Shown here piece after piece: positions 50,824 to 61,732 of a DNA stretch of 64,000 bases. Each line of letters starts with the position of its first letter. Position 1 is the stretch's first letter. The position numbers and the translations under genes were made by a program. Under the pieces are notes generated by a model that saw only the letters and a program-made list of their open reading frames with translations, was not told the origin of the DNA and made no database searches. Source of the stretch: Promethearchaeota archaeon (lineage in GTDB: Archaea > Asgardarchaeota > Lokiarchaeia > Sigyniarchaeales > SOKP01). The stretch covers positions 128,678 through 192,677 of the forward strand of contig JALGVJ010000003.1 in NCBI GenBank assembly GCA_029838195.1, written 5' to 3'.

Positions 50824-52494
50824 ATGTTTGATAAAGAAGAGCTCGAAAAAATTAAAATAGAATATGAAAAATGGGATAAAGAAGTAGAAAATCAGAAAGA
50901 GAGAAATATCAAGTTCGAAACCGATTCCGGTATCCCGATTAAACGATTGTATACTCCTTTAGATGTCAAGGGAACTTACTTAGATAAAATAAGTTTTCCG
51001 GGTCAACCGCCCTATACCCGTGGGGTCTATCCAACCATGTATAGGGGGCGTCTGTGGACGATGCGCTTGTTCGCAGGACATGGCACTCCTGAAGAAACCA
51101 ATAAACGGTGGAAATATTTATATGAACACGGTGAAACGGGATTCAGTGCCGCTGTAGATGCCCTTACCTTCAATGGCATAGACCCTACAAATCCTGATGG
51201 CGCTCCTGAAGTAGGAACCTCAGGCGTCCCCCTCTATTGCATCGATAGCATGTTTGCATTAACCGAAGGCATTCCCATTGATAAAGTTAGCGTGGCACTC
51301 GTCGTGGAACCCTTCACGTCGGCCCCTGTTTGCTCGATGTACTTTAATATGGCACGAATGAGAGGTATCGATATGAAACAACTCATGGGAACGACGCAAA
51401 ACGACATCCTTACCATGACAGTGGGTTATATCCCCTATAAAAATGTTCCTCCTGACCACATTTTAAGATTAGCCTGTGATTTCATCGAATGGACAGTGCC
51501 CATGAAAAATGTACCCAAATGGCATCCCATCAATTTCACGGGGTATAATTACCGTGAAGGAGGAATAGATGCCATCCAAGAATTAGGATTCGTGTTTGCC
51601 AGTGCGTGTTCTCATATTGATAATCTTTTAGAGAGAGGATGGAAGATTGATGATTTTATTGAGCGTTTAGCGTTCCATCTTTCCGCTCATAAGGATTTTT
51701 TTGAGGAAATCGCTAAATATCGCGCCGCCCGTCGCATTTGGTATAAATTAATGAAAGACAGGTACGGAGCCAGTGAAAAGAATTGTAGATTCAGATTTCA
51801 CATTCAGACTGCCGGCAGCTCATTAACTGCTCAAACACCTTTAGTCAATATAATTCGAACAGCCATTCAAGCTCTTGAAGCTACCCTGGGAGGATGTCAA
51901 TCATTACATACGAATTCGTATGATGAAGCGATATGCCTTCCTTCCGAAGAAGCTGCATTAATCGCATTACGCACGCAACAAGTCATTTCTGATGAAACCA
52001 GGATTACCAATACAATTGATCCGCTCGCAGGTTCTTATTATGTTGAGTGGCTTACAGATGAAGTCGAGGAGCGTGTCTGGAAATACATGGATAAAATTGA
52101 AAAAATTGGAAGTATTGATAAAGCCTTATCCTCTGGCTGGTTGTATAAAGAAATGCGAGATGCCTTTCATAAGAGAAGAAAACGCATAGAAAGTGGAGAA
52201 GAGATCATGCTGGGCGTGAATAAATTCCCCGTATCGTATGATGATGTCACCGATGTCTTTAGAACTAATAAAAATGCAATTGAAATCGAGGTAGAACGGA
52301 TTAAGAAATTAAAAGCGAGAAGAGATAACGCTAAGTTGGAAAAAATACTTGATAAATTGCGCAATGTATGTGAAAAAGAAGAAAACGTGATGCCCGTCGT
52401 GATGGAAGCAACAAAAGAAGGGGCTACTGTCGGTGAAATCTGCGACATTTATCGGGAAATTTGGGGTATCTGGGAACCCCCCCTTGCCATTTAA
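50824..52494 (+). CDS. Adenosylcobalamin-dependent acyl-CoA mutase, large (substrate-binding) subunit
   Basis: PYTRGVYPTMY, WTMRLFAG, GTTQNDIL, QSLHTNSYDEA, DPLAGSYYVE. Confidence 0.92.
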   Translation: MFDKEELEKIKIEYEKWDKEVENQKERNIKFETDSGIPIKRLYTPLDVKGTYLDKISFPGQPPYTRGVYPTMYRGRLWTMRLFAGHGTPEETNKRWKYLYEHGETGFSAAVDALTFNGIDPTNPDGAPEVGTSGVPLYCIDSMFALTEGIPIDKVSVALVVEPFTSAPVCSMYFNMARMRGIDMKQLMGTTQNDILTMTVGYIPYKNVPPDHILRLACDFIEWTVPMKNVPKWHPINFTGYNYREGGIDAIQELGFVFASACSHIDNLLERGWKIDDFIERLAFHLSAHKDFFEEIAKYRAARRIWYKLMKDRYGASEKNCRFRFHIQTAGSSLTAQTPLVNIIRTAIQALEATLGGCQSLHTNSYDEAICLPSEEAALIALRTQQVISDETRITNTIDPLAGSYYVEWLTDEVEERVWKYMDKIEKIGSIDKALSSGWLYKEMRDAFHKRRKRIESGEEIMLGVNKFPVSYDDVTDVFRTNKNAIEIEVERIKKLKARRDNAKLEKILDKLRNVCEKEENVMPVVMEATKEGATVGEICDIYREIWGIWEPPLAI

Positions 52495-52520
52495 CCTTTT
52501 AACGAGAAATGAGGTGAGGC

Positions 52521-52922
52521 TTGATGGGAGAAAAAAAAATAAGAGTGCTCATGAGCAAACCAGGAATTGATGGCCATTGGCGAGGTGGCATTGTTGTTTC
52601 TAGAGCTCTAAGAGATGCCGGAATGGAATTAATTTTCGGAGGGTTCCAAAATGCTGAACAAATCGTGCAGTCGGCAATTGAAGAAGATGTTGATGTAATT
52701 GGGCTTAGCATCCACTCCGGGGCTCATTTTGCTTATACCCAACGAGTCATTGATTTACTTAAAGAAAAAGGCGTTTTCAATGATATCATGGTGCTCGTTG
52801 GAGGTGTCATTCCAGCTAAAGACTTCCCAAAATTAAAAGAAATGGGCGTCGCAAATGTCTACGGACCTGGTGCTATAACAAGTGATATTGTTAAATTTAT
52901 CAAGGAAAACGTGAAAAAATAA
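52521..52922 (+). CDS. Acyl-CoA mutase small (B12-binding) subunit
   Basis: KPGIDGHWRG (DxHxxG), IGLSIHSGAH, VGGVIP. Confidence 0.92.
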   Translation: MMGEKKIRVLMSKPGIDGHWRGGIVVSRALRDAGMELIFGGFQNAEQIVQSAIEEDVDVIGLSIHSGAHFAYTQRVIDLLKEKGVFNDIMVLVGGVIPAKDFPKLKEMGVANVYGPGAITSDIVKFIKENVKK

Positions 52923-53103
52923 ATTTTCTTTTATTCTTTTATTTTAACTTAATTGCTAAATTTCTAAAATTATTCTTATAAAGAAACTTAATCCTATTGC
53001 ACCTGAAAAGTTGAATAATTATTATGATATTATGTTATTATCATATTACTTATATAATACAAGCCAATTTGGAATCATCCCTCTTTTCTAAACCTCTGCA
53101 AGG

Positions 53104-53796
53104 CTATCCCGTATATCCACACATTCCGACCCGTGGAGAATTAACTACCGGTAAGAACATGTCTTCGTCACATTCATGTTTGCGAGCACACTTATCGCAA
53201 AGCCATCCTTTATCATCCCATATACATTCAGTGCATACCTGCGTCGCAATCTTTCCACACTCCTCGCATAGGATCAATGGGGGTTCATTTCTGGCAAGTA
53301 ATTGAATTGGCTTGCCTGCAATTTCACCTTCACGTTCTGCTACCACCTTCAACGCAAGCTCTGTTGTAGTTCCGAAATCGTACTCGTAATGGAACTTTAG
53401 TCCTTGAAAAAGAACTTTGCTTAGAGCAATATTCATGGGCTTTTCACCAAGGGAAAAATCTATATCTACCCATATTGAATCTAATCCTCCCCCAGTCATA
53501 TATCTTGTACTCTGAATTGTGAATGCGCTCATGTGTCCACAACATTCTAACCAGATATCTCTGAGGAAATCATCCAGATCTTCAAGTGTTGCATTGGCTG
53601 GTGCTTCAAGATGCATCCAATATTCGGACAGGTAGCGTCCTTCCACCACAATATGAAAGATTTTTGTTTTTAGAACCTTCGTCTTTTTCAAGGTTGACTC
53701 CATTGCAGCTTTTCTTCGCTTGCATGAGTTCAGATGTTTAGTCATTGCTGCCTTACTAAAGGTGGCATTGCAAAAACTACACTTTCCTTTTGACAT
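53104..53796 (-). CDS. pRiA4b ORF-3 / IS1096 passenger TnpR-like protein with zinc fingers
   Basis: TLEDLDDFLRDIWLECCGHMSAF, YEYDFGTTT, PVVNSPRVGMCGY; GGAGG upstream. Confidence 0.8.
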   Translation of the reverse strand: MSKGKCSFCNATFSKAAMTKHLNSCKRRKAAMESTLKKTKVLKTKIFHIVVEGRYLSEYWMHLEAPANATLEDLDDFLRDIWLECCGHMSAFTIQSTRYMTGGGLDSIWVDIDFSLGEKPMNIALSKVLFQGLKFHYEYDFGTTTELALKVVAEREGEIAGKPIQLLARNEPPLILCEECGKIATQVCTECIWDDKGWLCDKCARKHECDEDMFLPVVNSPRVGMCGYTG

Positions 53797-54480
53797 CTTT
53801 CTTATTATTTTCTCAACACCTCCTTATATTGTGCCGCTTAATGTGTTCGATAACATTTCAACCACAAGCCGAATGACAGATAACGACTTTGATGTAAAAG
53901 AAGTTCCTATCAATTGGATCAATTTGCGCTGTATTTTTCCCCAATTATTCCAAAGTGTTTTAAATTTGACTTTAATTATTGGCGGATTTTTTAAATTTTT
54001 AAATTTCATCTTATCTAAATGAATATCTATTCTGAAAAGTCATTATTTAGATTAAAAAATTTGATTTTATTAATAAATAATTATTAAATCATTAATTATT
54101 TATGATGGACTCAATAATATGGCATGATTGAGAGGAGATCTAAATACTTTAAATTTGGTTGCCAGGAGCAATGATTACTTAGATGGGGATTTTAACTTAA
54201 ATGGAGAAAAGGAATGTTTCGAGGTAGGGAAAATTGGAAATTAAGAATGAGTTAGATTATCCAATACGCAAAAATTCATAGGTATTGATATATTCATTTT
54301 AGGAAGAGGGACTTTTGACAATATTAATTTCAGTTTCTATTTCTTTGCATAATATTAATTTTTGACGAGCTATTGTACTATTAAAAAAACCCTTCAAAAG
54401 TGTAATTTTAATAGTCAGCAAACTAATCTTTAAATTTAGGATCCGAAGAAAAAGAAAAAGAGCTATCACAGAACCTTTCA

Positions 54481-54850
54481 ATGATTGAAAATTCTTTTCA
54501 AAAAGATCAAGACTTAAATGCTATAAATGAATCAATTGAACTAATGAATAAAGTTAGACTCTTTGATTTAAATAAGATTCTTATTAAGGCATTACACATT
54601 GCAATATTCACATTGAACAATATAGATTATCTTATAAGTTGGAACTTTAAACAATATTGTAAAAATGAAAAGTAGAAAGATAATAGATTTCGTTAACCTC
54701 TCTAATAATCATTTATGGAAAAAAATAATAAAGGATTTTCCTCACGATCCTGCACTACAAGAAGTTCATTATGCAAGATTAAAGATATACGAATAAACAA
54801 AAGATTTGACCGATGAGGATTATAATAAATTTATAAAAATGAAAGCAACT
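54481..54850 (+). pseudogene. Degraded PIN-domain gene plus small partner (type II TA-like remnant)
   Basis: ALHIAIFTLNNIDYLISWNFK (PIN C-terminal motif with catalytic Asp lost); downstream KDFPHDPALQEVHYARLKIYE* with internal stop. Confidence 0.55.
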
Positions 54851-55324
54851 CCGTATTTTTGCTTCACGTGCTCCACCATGAGCTTAAGCATTTAGTTGCT
54901 ATAGTCAAATCCCGGTACCATGGGAGATTTTAGTAGGTTTTAGATGACCTCTTTTAAGCGAAAAGGCAAATATTAAAAAACTTAATACTTACGTTCTTTT
55001 TTTTAAAATTAACGGTCGTCAGAAAGAAATCATTTATTATGCTGTTCATCACGGATACTTCACGAGATTCCGCGCAAGATCACGACAGAACAAATAGTAA
55101 ATTTATCATTCTCTCTTCAAATAAATAATAACTCTTTAACAATTAATAGATTTTACTTGATTTATCCTTTTTCCACTCTAAAATCCGGGAATTTTTGGGA
55201 GAGAAGAATTGTGGTGTATTTTATCATCAATGTTAATAAAAAAAACACAAAAAAATAAATTCCATTCATTATTTTTTTTCATATTAAAAATTTTTAGATT
55301 AAAGTAATCTGAGGATGATTTTAT

Positions 55325-56299
55325 TTGAGCAGTAGACACGATATTGACTCTCTTATTGATAGATTTAAGAAGCACGACAAAATTGCGTTAGCACGGTTGA
55401 TCACGCTAATTGAAAATCAGCCTGAGCTCGCTCCCGAAATCTTTAAGCATTTTGAAAATAATACAAATGAGGCTCACATCATTGGAATTACCGGATCGCC
55501 AGGAGTGGGAAAATCGACTCTTACAAATGCGATTTGTAAGAAATTATTGGAAGAAAATAAAAAAATTGGGGTAATTTCAGTCGATCCAACATCTCCCTTT
55601 AGTGGAGGGGCATTTTTAGGGGATCGCGTGCGCATGACAGATGTTTCTCTCCATCCGAACGTGTTCATTAGAAGTTTGGCTTCCAGAGGTTATCATGGTG
55701 GTCTTTCAAGGGCCGTTTTCGATATCAGCATGCTTTATGAAGCATATGGAATGGACATTATAATTATAGAGACCGTGGGAGTAGGACAAGCAGAATTAGA
55801 CATTTATAACTTAGCTTATACCATTATAGTGGTGCTGGTGCCCGGGTATGGAGACGTGATTCAAATGCAAAAAGCAGGCATCATAGAAATAGGAGATATT
55901 TATGATGTTAACAAAAAAGATTTGGGAGGAGAAGATATTGCCGTACAAATTGAGATGATGCTCGATGATAGCACCACGTTTCAAGGAGGATGGCGCCCGC
56001 CTGTTTCAATGACTAATTCCATCACGGGTGAAGGAGTCATAGAACTCGTACAAAATATATGGGATCATGAAGAACACCTCCGGCTTTCTGAATTAATCAA
56101 GGAAAAGAAAAAAAACCGTTATTCTTACAAGATACGGCAACTCTTAAGCAGTAAAATTGAACAAATTTTGATAGAAAAAGTTCTTGGCAAGGAAGAGATT
56201 TCCCAATTAGCCATGAAAACACTTGAAAATGGAAAGTTTAAATTGTATGATGAAGTTCAAAAGGTTTTTGAAGACGCCTTGAAAAAGATTCTAAAATAA
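55325..56299 (+). CDS. meaB: MeaB/ArgK GTPase chaperone of B12 mutases
   Basis: GITGSPGVGKST, VDPTSPFSGGAFLGDRVRM, IETVGVGQ, NKKD. Confidence 0.93.
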   Translation: MSSRHDIDSLIDRFKKHDKIALARLITLIENQPELAPEIFKHFENNTNEAHIIGITGSPGVGKSTLTNAICKKLLEENKKIGVISVDPTSPFSGGAFLGDRVRMTDVSLHPNVFIRSLASRGYHGGLSRAVFDISMLYEAYGMDIIIIETVGVGQAELDIYNLAYTIIVVLVPGYGDVIQMQKAGIIEIGDIYDVNKKDLGGEDIAVQIEMMLDDSTTFQGGWRPPVSMTNSITGEGVIELVQNIWDHEEHLRLSELIKEKKKNRYSYKIRQLLSSKIEQILIEKVLGKEEISQLAMKTLENGKFKLYDEVQKVFEDALKKILK

Positions 56300-56548
56300 T
56301 CTGATCTTCTTTTTTCTCTACATACTCTTTATTAATAGGAGTAAACAAGAATAAGCAATCCCTTTATTAAGTCAAAATTAATTATTTCTTCCTGGATATC
56401 TTGTTCATTTAAGAAAAATGAGCGATAAAACTTTCTCAAATTAAAAACCCTAATATAATGAAATTTTATTCTAATGAAAAGGAGTAAACATTTAATAAGG
56501 AAAGAAGCCAATATTATTCAATTAAATTTCTCGTGAACTTGAATTAAA

Positions 56549-57727
56549 ATGTCGAAACCCATGGAAAAAAAATTTTCTTATAAATATGCAATATCTTATA
56601 GCATTGGTCAATTATCGGATATTTCTGCTTATCAAACGTTCACTTTTCTGGTGTTTACTTTCTATTTTGCTGTTATCGGTATTAGGATCGATTTAATCGT
56701 CGCGGGATTCATAATTTGGGCATTATGGAATAGCTTTAATGATTTTATCATTGGATATCTTTCTGATCGCACTCATACGAGATGGGGTCGTCGGAAGGTC
56801 TATATAATGATTGCGCTTGTTCCTTTAGCATTACTCGTTTTTCTTCTATTTACACCGCCTTTATCCCTTGGAATTTCGGGTGAAATAGCTAATTTCATCT
56901 ATTTTCTCATTATTATCATGGCATTCGAATTATTTTTCACCATGTACGACGTTAATTTCACGGCACTTTTTCCCGAATTATTTCTAACCGTCGAAGAACG
57001 AACGAAAGCTAATAACGTGAGACAAGCATTTGCTATTGTCGGGCTTATCATGGCTTTCGTGCTGCCAGGGATGTTTATCTCAGATTATTCTGATCCCTTG
57101 AGCTTGGGGCAATATCAAACCTTTGGCTTTATTATTTCTATTGTCATTATAATTCCCGGGCTGATCTTTTTAAAATTCTCTCCTCATGAAAAGGTAGAAT
57201 TCCAAGAAGATTAATAAAAAAACGCCGAAATTCGTTGATGCTTTAAAAACATGCCTTCGTAGTAAATCCTTTAGATGGTACATCCCGGCTGAAGTTGCTA
57301 CATGGTTCGTTTATGGCATGCTTCCTGCTATTGTTCCTCTCTACGGAAAATTCGTGCTCGAAATTTCTGATACCCTCCTTTTATCTTTATTACTAGGGGC
57401 TTCCTTTATCTCTGCGGCAGTTTTCATGACTATCTTATGGAAACCATTAGTTCAGAAAATAGGTCCGCGTAAAAGCTGGTTAATATCCATGACCACGTGG
57501 ATTATCTTGCTTTCCACGCTAATGTTCATCTCGAATTATATTGTTGGATTAATAATATTTGCTCTAATGGGAATGGGGTTATCTGGTTCCATATATATAT
57601 TTATCCCATCATAGCTCTAATCATTGCGATCATTGTCATCTATAAGTATCCTTTAGACGGTGAAAGGCTTACAAAAGTAAAAGAAATGAGAGAAAAACTC
57701 CATGAAGCAAAACGAGCCAAATTGTAA
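56549..57727 (+). pseudogene. GPH-family MFS transporter pseudogene (frameshift plus internal deletion)
   Basis: +1 nt at about 57213 (removing it gives EDYKKTPKFVDALKTC...GMLP, in frame with 57318); second break at about 57595 in an ATATAT run, where the C-terminal D...RRE loop region is missing. Confidence 0.8.
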
Positions 57728-57768
57728 ATCGCAATTTTTTTTTTAATTTTTTTAAAATCGGAAAAATT

Positions 57769-58791
57769 TCAAGCATTTTCCTTTCTTTTTTTATAAAATT
57801 GGCGAGAGAATTCTTTAGCATGTCTATATGCTCCGAGGATGGATTCAATGGCCATTCCCTTGAATAAACTGTTAGAAGAGGAAAAAAGGTATCCGCCCCC
57901 TGCCGCTCCTTGAGTAATGCACCGCTCTACGTCTTGTCTCACTAAATTTAAATCGGTTTGAATTAATACGGTTGAAACATCAACATTACCAGCTAAAATA
58001 ATTTTAGTACCATGTAGCCTCTTAATTTCTCCAAGATCGATATGCGCATTTGGTTCGAGAGAGTGAATTCCAGCAAATCCTGCATCAATAATCATTGGGA
58101 TTAAAGGACGAATATCACCGTCAGAATGCCAAATTAGGGGAACTCTTGAAGCCTTAACAATTTTTTTATAATGAGGAAGAATTAGTTCTGCAAATAATTT
58201 AGGAGAAAGCATGGATCCAGAGGTAAATGCTACATCATCCCCGAATAAGATAAAATCTACCTCAGTTCTGCATGCACGCTCAATCATGGCAATTGTCCAT
58301 TCCGTGCTACGTGCTAATAATTCATTAACCAATTCTCTATTTTTATGAACTGCAATAAAGAAATCTTTTAATCCCATGCTCATATAGGACATTCCTAAAC
58401 AACCATCATGGAAAGCATAATAAAGCGCATGAGTTTCGCCATATGTTCTTGTAGAATAGTTTATTTCTTCTTCAGAAAACCAAGCATCCGCATATTCTGT
58501 ATCAGGCGTGTAATCTTCCACGAGGTCTAACCTTTTAACTTTCCCATCAATATACATGCCATTCTTGAAAATTCGCCCCCATTCATCCGTGCCTGTTTTC
58601 CAAGCGTTGGTACTTTTAGGGTGTCCAACGGCAACGGGAAAACAATCTAATTCCAATTTTTCTCGAGCTTTATATGGATCACCATTCGAAAGAACATTTA
58701 GTATATCTGATTCAATCCAGGCTTCAAAAAGAGGTGCTTGATCGGGTTCTTGAAACTTAAAACTAGTTAAAACACGCTCTCTTGAATTCAT
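57769..58791 (-). CDS. Uroporphyrinogen decarboxylase / MtaA-CmuA-like family protein
   Basis: MNSRERV, DEWG, GDD, WHSDG, GNVD, GGGYLFSSSN. Confidence 0.88.
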   Translation of the reverse strand: MNSRERVLTSFKFQEPDQAPLFEAWIESDILNVLSNGDPYKAREKLELDCFPVAVGHPKSTNAWKTGTDEWGRIFKNGMYIDGKVKRLDLVEDYTPDTEYADAWFSEEEINYSTRTYGETHALYYAFHDGCLGMSYMSMGLKDFFIAVHKNRELVNELLARSTEWTIAMIERACRTEVDFILFGDDVAFTSGSMLSPKLFAELILPHYKKIVKASRVPLIWHSDGDIRPLIPMIIDAGFAGIHSLEPNAHIDLGEIKRLHGTKIILAGNVDVSTVLIQTDLNLVRQDVERCITQGAAGGGYLFSSSNSLFKGMAIESILGAYRHAKEFSRQFYKKRKENA

Positions 58792-58974
58792 GCTTTAAAA
58801 TTTAATTAGTTTCTAATTTGTTAATGATTTAAATAATACATGCTTCACTTTTAATTGTAAGGGGAGAAAAATTAAATTTTTTTTCTGACTCCGGTAAAGT
58901 TCCTGATCTAAAAACCTCTAAAACTTAATTTTTAAATAGAAAATCTGATTGAATGTAATTAAGGTGATTTAAAA

Positions 58975-59802
58975 ATGGAGTCCATGAATGATTTTAAAAA
59001 TATTACAATTGAAATTGTTAAAGAAGGAAATTATGCCGTAATTTCTATCAACCGCCCCGATAAATTGAACGCCCTGGATTACTATACTCTTAAAGAAATA
59101 GCGGAGGCTTTAGAATTACATGAAGTAAACCCTCAAGTAAGATGCGTGGTTTTGAGAGGAACAAAAGAATATACTAAAAAACCGGCATTCTCTGCCGGAG
59201 CGGATCTTTCAGCGAGAGGATTTGAGGATCTTGAAAAAGATAACTTGAGACATCAATATCAAGCAATGTATAGAAGGCATAAATATTATGATTTAATTGA
59301 AGAATTTCCCAAACCCTTGATTGCTGCTGTCGATGGATATGCTCTCGGAGGAGGCTTTGAATTGGTTCTCGCATGTGATATCGTAATCGCTTCTGAACGG
59401 TCTGTTTTTGGATTTCCCGAAATAAGAAGGGGAATTTTTCCAGCCAATGGAGGAACTCAGAGATTAGTGCGCCATCTTGGAGTGTTTGAAGCTAAAAAAT
59501 TAATGTTTTTCGGAGATCATTATTCAGCGAAACAAATGCATGAATTAGGAATCGTAGGATTTTTAGTTAAAGATGATGAATTTGAGCAATTTGTCCATGA
59601 AAAAGCCTCATGGTTAGGAAATGCTCCCACAAATAGCTTATTTCTCATTAAAAAAAGCATTAATTATGGTACCCAGGTTGCTTTGAATGTAGGTCTCCAA
59701 TTCGAGCATTTCGGATACGCTCTCAATTCAACCAGCCAAGATGTTCAAGAAGGTGTTAAGGCATTTTTAGAGAAAAGAGAGCCAGTATTCAAGGGAAGAT
59801 GA
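58975..59802 (+). CDS. Enoyl-CoA hydratase/isomerase (crotonase)
   Basis: NRPDKLNAL, FSAGADL, GYALGGGFE, PEIRRGIFP, GGTQRL. Confidence 0.93.
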   Translation: MESMNDFKNITIEIVKEGNYAVISINRPDKLNALDYYTLKEIAEALELHEVNPQVRCVVLRGTKEYTKKPAFSAGADLSARGFEDLEKDNLRHQYQAMYRRHKYYDLIEEFPKPLIAAVDGYALGGGFELVLACDIVIASERSVFGFPEIRRGIFPANGGTQRLVRHLGVFEAKKLMFFGDHYSAKQMHELGIVGFLVKDDEFEQFVHEKASWLGNAPTNSLFLIKKSINYGTQVALNVGLQFEHFGYALNSTSQDVQEGVKAFLEKREPVFKGR

Positions 59803-60184
59803 GCAAATTTTTCTTTAATTTTTAAATTTATTTCATATCTGAGGTTAAGCACCTTTTTTTTTTATTTTTTTAATCCACTCCTTAATATCATTTTAATTTC
59901 TAATGCAAAGCAATTCAAATTTTTTCATGATAATTTATTCTGCTCATTAAAAATATACTTATTAACTAAGCTTGAGAGTAATAATATAACAAATAGTTAA
60001 AAATTTTATTTCAATTAACTTTTCAATTGTTTGAATATTTATTATTTTAATACATGACTCATGGAGGGTCTAAAAATTCTAATTCAAATGATGAGTACGT
60101 TTAGAATTACATGAGTTCTTAATTTTGATATTTTTTTAAAAGAACAAATGAATTTATCACACGAAAAAAGGCATTTTAATAACG

Positions 60185-61585
60185 ATGAAAAATTCAAATC
60201 GAGAAAAAAACCACGGGAATCTTGAGATTTTATCCTATGGAGGCGGTAGTTTCCTTCAAGAATTTATTGGTACGGTGTTTGGAAGTTGGTTATTCTTTTT
60301 TTATGAAATTGAGGTAGGATTAGATCTCTGGTTATTAACATTAGGCTATTTAATTTATGCTACATGGAATTCTGTCAATTCTCCTCTCTTGGGGTACTTA
60401 ACAGATAAAAAAAGATTAAAATCAGCTTTTTTAGGGCGTCGTTTTCCTTGGTTATTGATATCAGGCGTTCCGTGGATGCTCTCTTTATTTTTTCTCTATA
60501 CACCCTTATTGAATGAGACAAGTACAGAAAAACAATCTATAATGATATTTATATGGTTCTTACTATTTATTTTATCTTTCAGTCTATTTGGAACGATCTT
60601 TGGAATTAATTATTCTGCTCTCTATCCCGACAAATTTCAGGAGGAAGAAGAGAGAAGAGTGGCTTCGGGCATTGTAGGTGCTATTTCCTTTTTAGGAGGA
60701 GGGCTCGGGAGCTTATTGCCTGCGTTAATTATCAAATATGGAGATAGAAATTCCTATTCAAAAATGGCTTTAATTGCCATTTCTATTGGTATCCTAGTCT
60801 ATATTTTCTCTCTTCCGGGATTTTGGGAAGAGAAAAGTATGAGACAGCGCAATTTAAAATATCAAGAAAAGAATCCCAAAATCAGTTTCTTTCACTCCAT
60901 GAAAATAGCCCTCAAGCATAAAAATTTTGTAATTTTCATTATTTTATTTTTTTTCATTCAATTTTCAATGGTAAGCGTGGGAGCGGCTTTTCCTTATGCC
61001 GTTAGATATATTTTTCATAAAGAAGCTATATACACGGCATTTTTAGCAATGCTATACATTTTAGGCGCAGTCCTCAGTCTTCCTCTATGGATGTTAATTA
61101 ACAAAAAATTAGCAGATAACAAAAAATCTCTAATTATTGCGGGATTGATGGTCATGAGTTCTCAAATCGCAATTTTTTTCACTTTAACTATTTCTTTTGC
61201 CATCTTTTCCGTCATTTTTTACGGTTTTTCGATAGCAGGTTTCTGGACGAACATAAAATTAAGAATCATGGGAAATGTTTTTGATGAAATCGTGGCAGAA
61301 ACAGGATTTAGAGATGAATCCACTAATGTAGGAATTAGTGGTTTTTTTATCAATTTTACAACCGCTCTACAATCTTCCATCTTCGCCCTAGTCCATAAAT
61401 TCACGGGATTTAAAAGTAATGCTGAAGTTCAAACAGGGTTAGCTCAGTTAGGTATAAGATTAACCTTATCATTTATTCCTTTAATCTTCATTCTCGTGGG
61501 CATGATTATTTTTTTAAAATGGTATGATTTAACACCCCGAAAAATAGAAAATATTAAGCTTAAATTAGAGCAATATGAGTTATAA
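60185..61585 (+). CDS. GPH-family MFS transporter
   Basis: FFFYE, WNSVNSPLLGYLTD, GRRFPW; about 12 TM. Confidence 0.9.
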   Translation: MKNSNREKNHGNLEILSYGGGSFLQEFIGTVFGSWLFFFYEIEVGLDLWLLTLGYLIYATWNSVNSPLLGYLTDKKRLKSAFLGRRFPWLLISGVPWMLSLFFLYTPLLNETSTEKQSIMIFIWFLLFILSFSLFGTIFGINYSALYPDKFQEEEERRVASGIVGAISFLGGGLGSLLPALIIKYGDRNSYSKMALIAISIGILVYIFSLPGFWEEKSMRQRNLKYQEKNPKISFFHSMKIALKHKNFVIFIILFFFIQFSMVSVGAAFPYAVRYIFHKEAIYTAFLAMLYILGAVLSLPLWMLINKKLADNKKSLIIAGLMVMSSQIAIFFTLTISFAIFSVIFYGFSIAGFWTNIKLRIMGNVFDEIVAETGFRDESTNVGISGFFINFTTALQSSIFALVHKFTGFKSNAEVQTGLAQLGIRLTLSFIPLIFILVGMIIFLKWYDLTPRKIENIKLKLEQYEL

Positions 61586-61732
61586 TCGCTCCAATAAATC
61601 TTATTTAATTCCTTCTCCTATTATTTATTAAAACTTGTATCATTGGTAATAATGAGTCTTTCTTAAATTAAAGAAAAAATAATAATCATTTAAAAATAAG
61701 ATTGGTGAAATCTCTAAGTATGATTTAGATGT

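Noticed and set aside
53820-53900. Possible integron attC site next to the pRiA4b-like gene
   Set aside because: No paired RYYYAAC/GTTRRRY boxes with a foldable bottom strand, and no integrase in the window
57205-57220. Stop-codon recoding (Sec/Pyl) in the split MFS gene
   Set aside because: The stop is TAA and the continuation is in another frame; a frameshift explains it. No convincing in-frame TGA/TAG readthrough candidate was seen elsewhere
1658-61404. Numerous short antisense or nested ORFs in the track (e.g. 1658-2041, 4905-5291, 18188-18532, 47310-47741)
   Set aside because: They overlap well-supported genes on the opposite strand or frame and lack motifs
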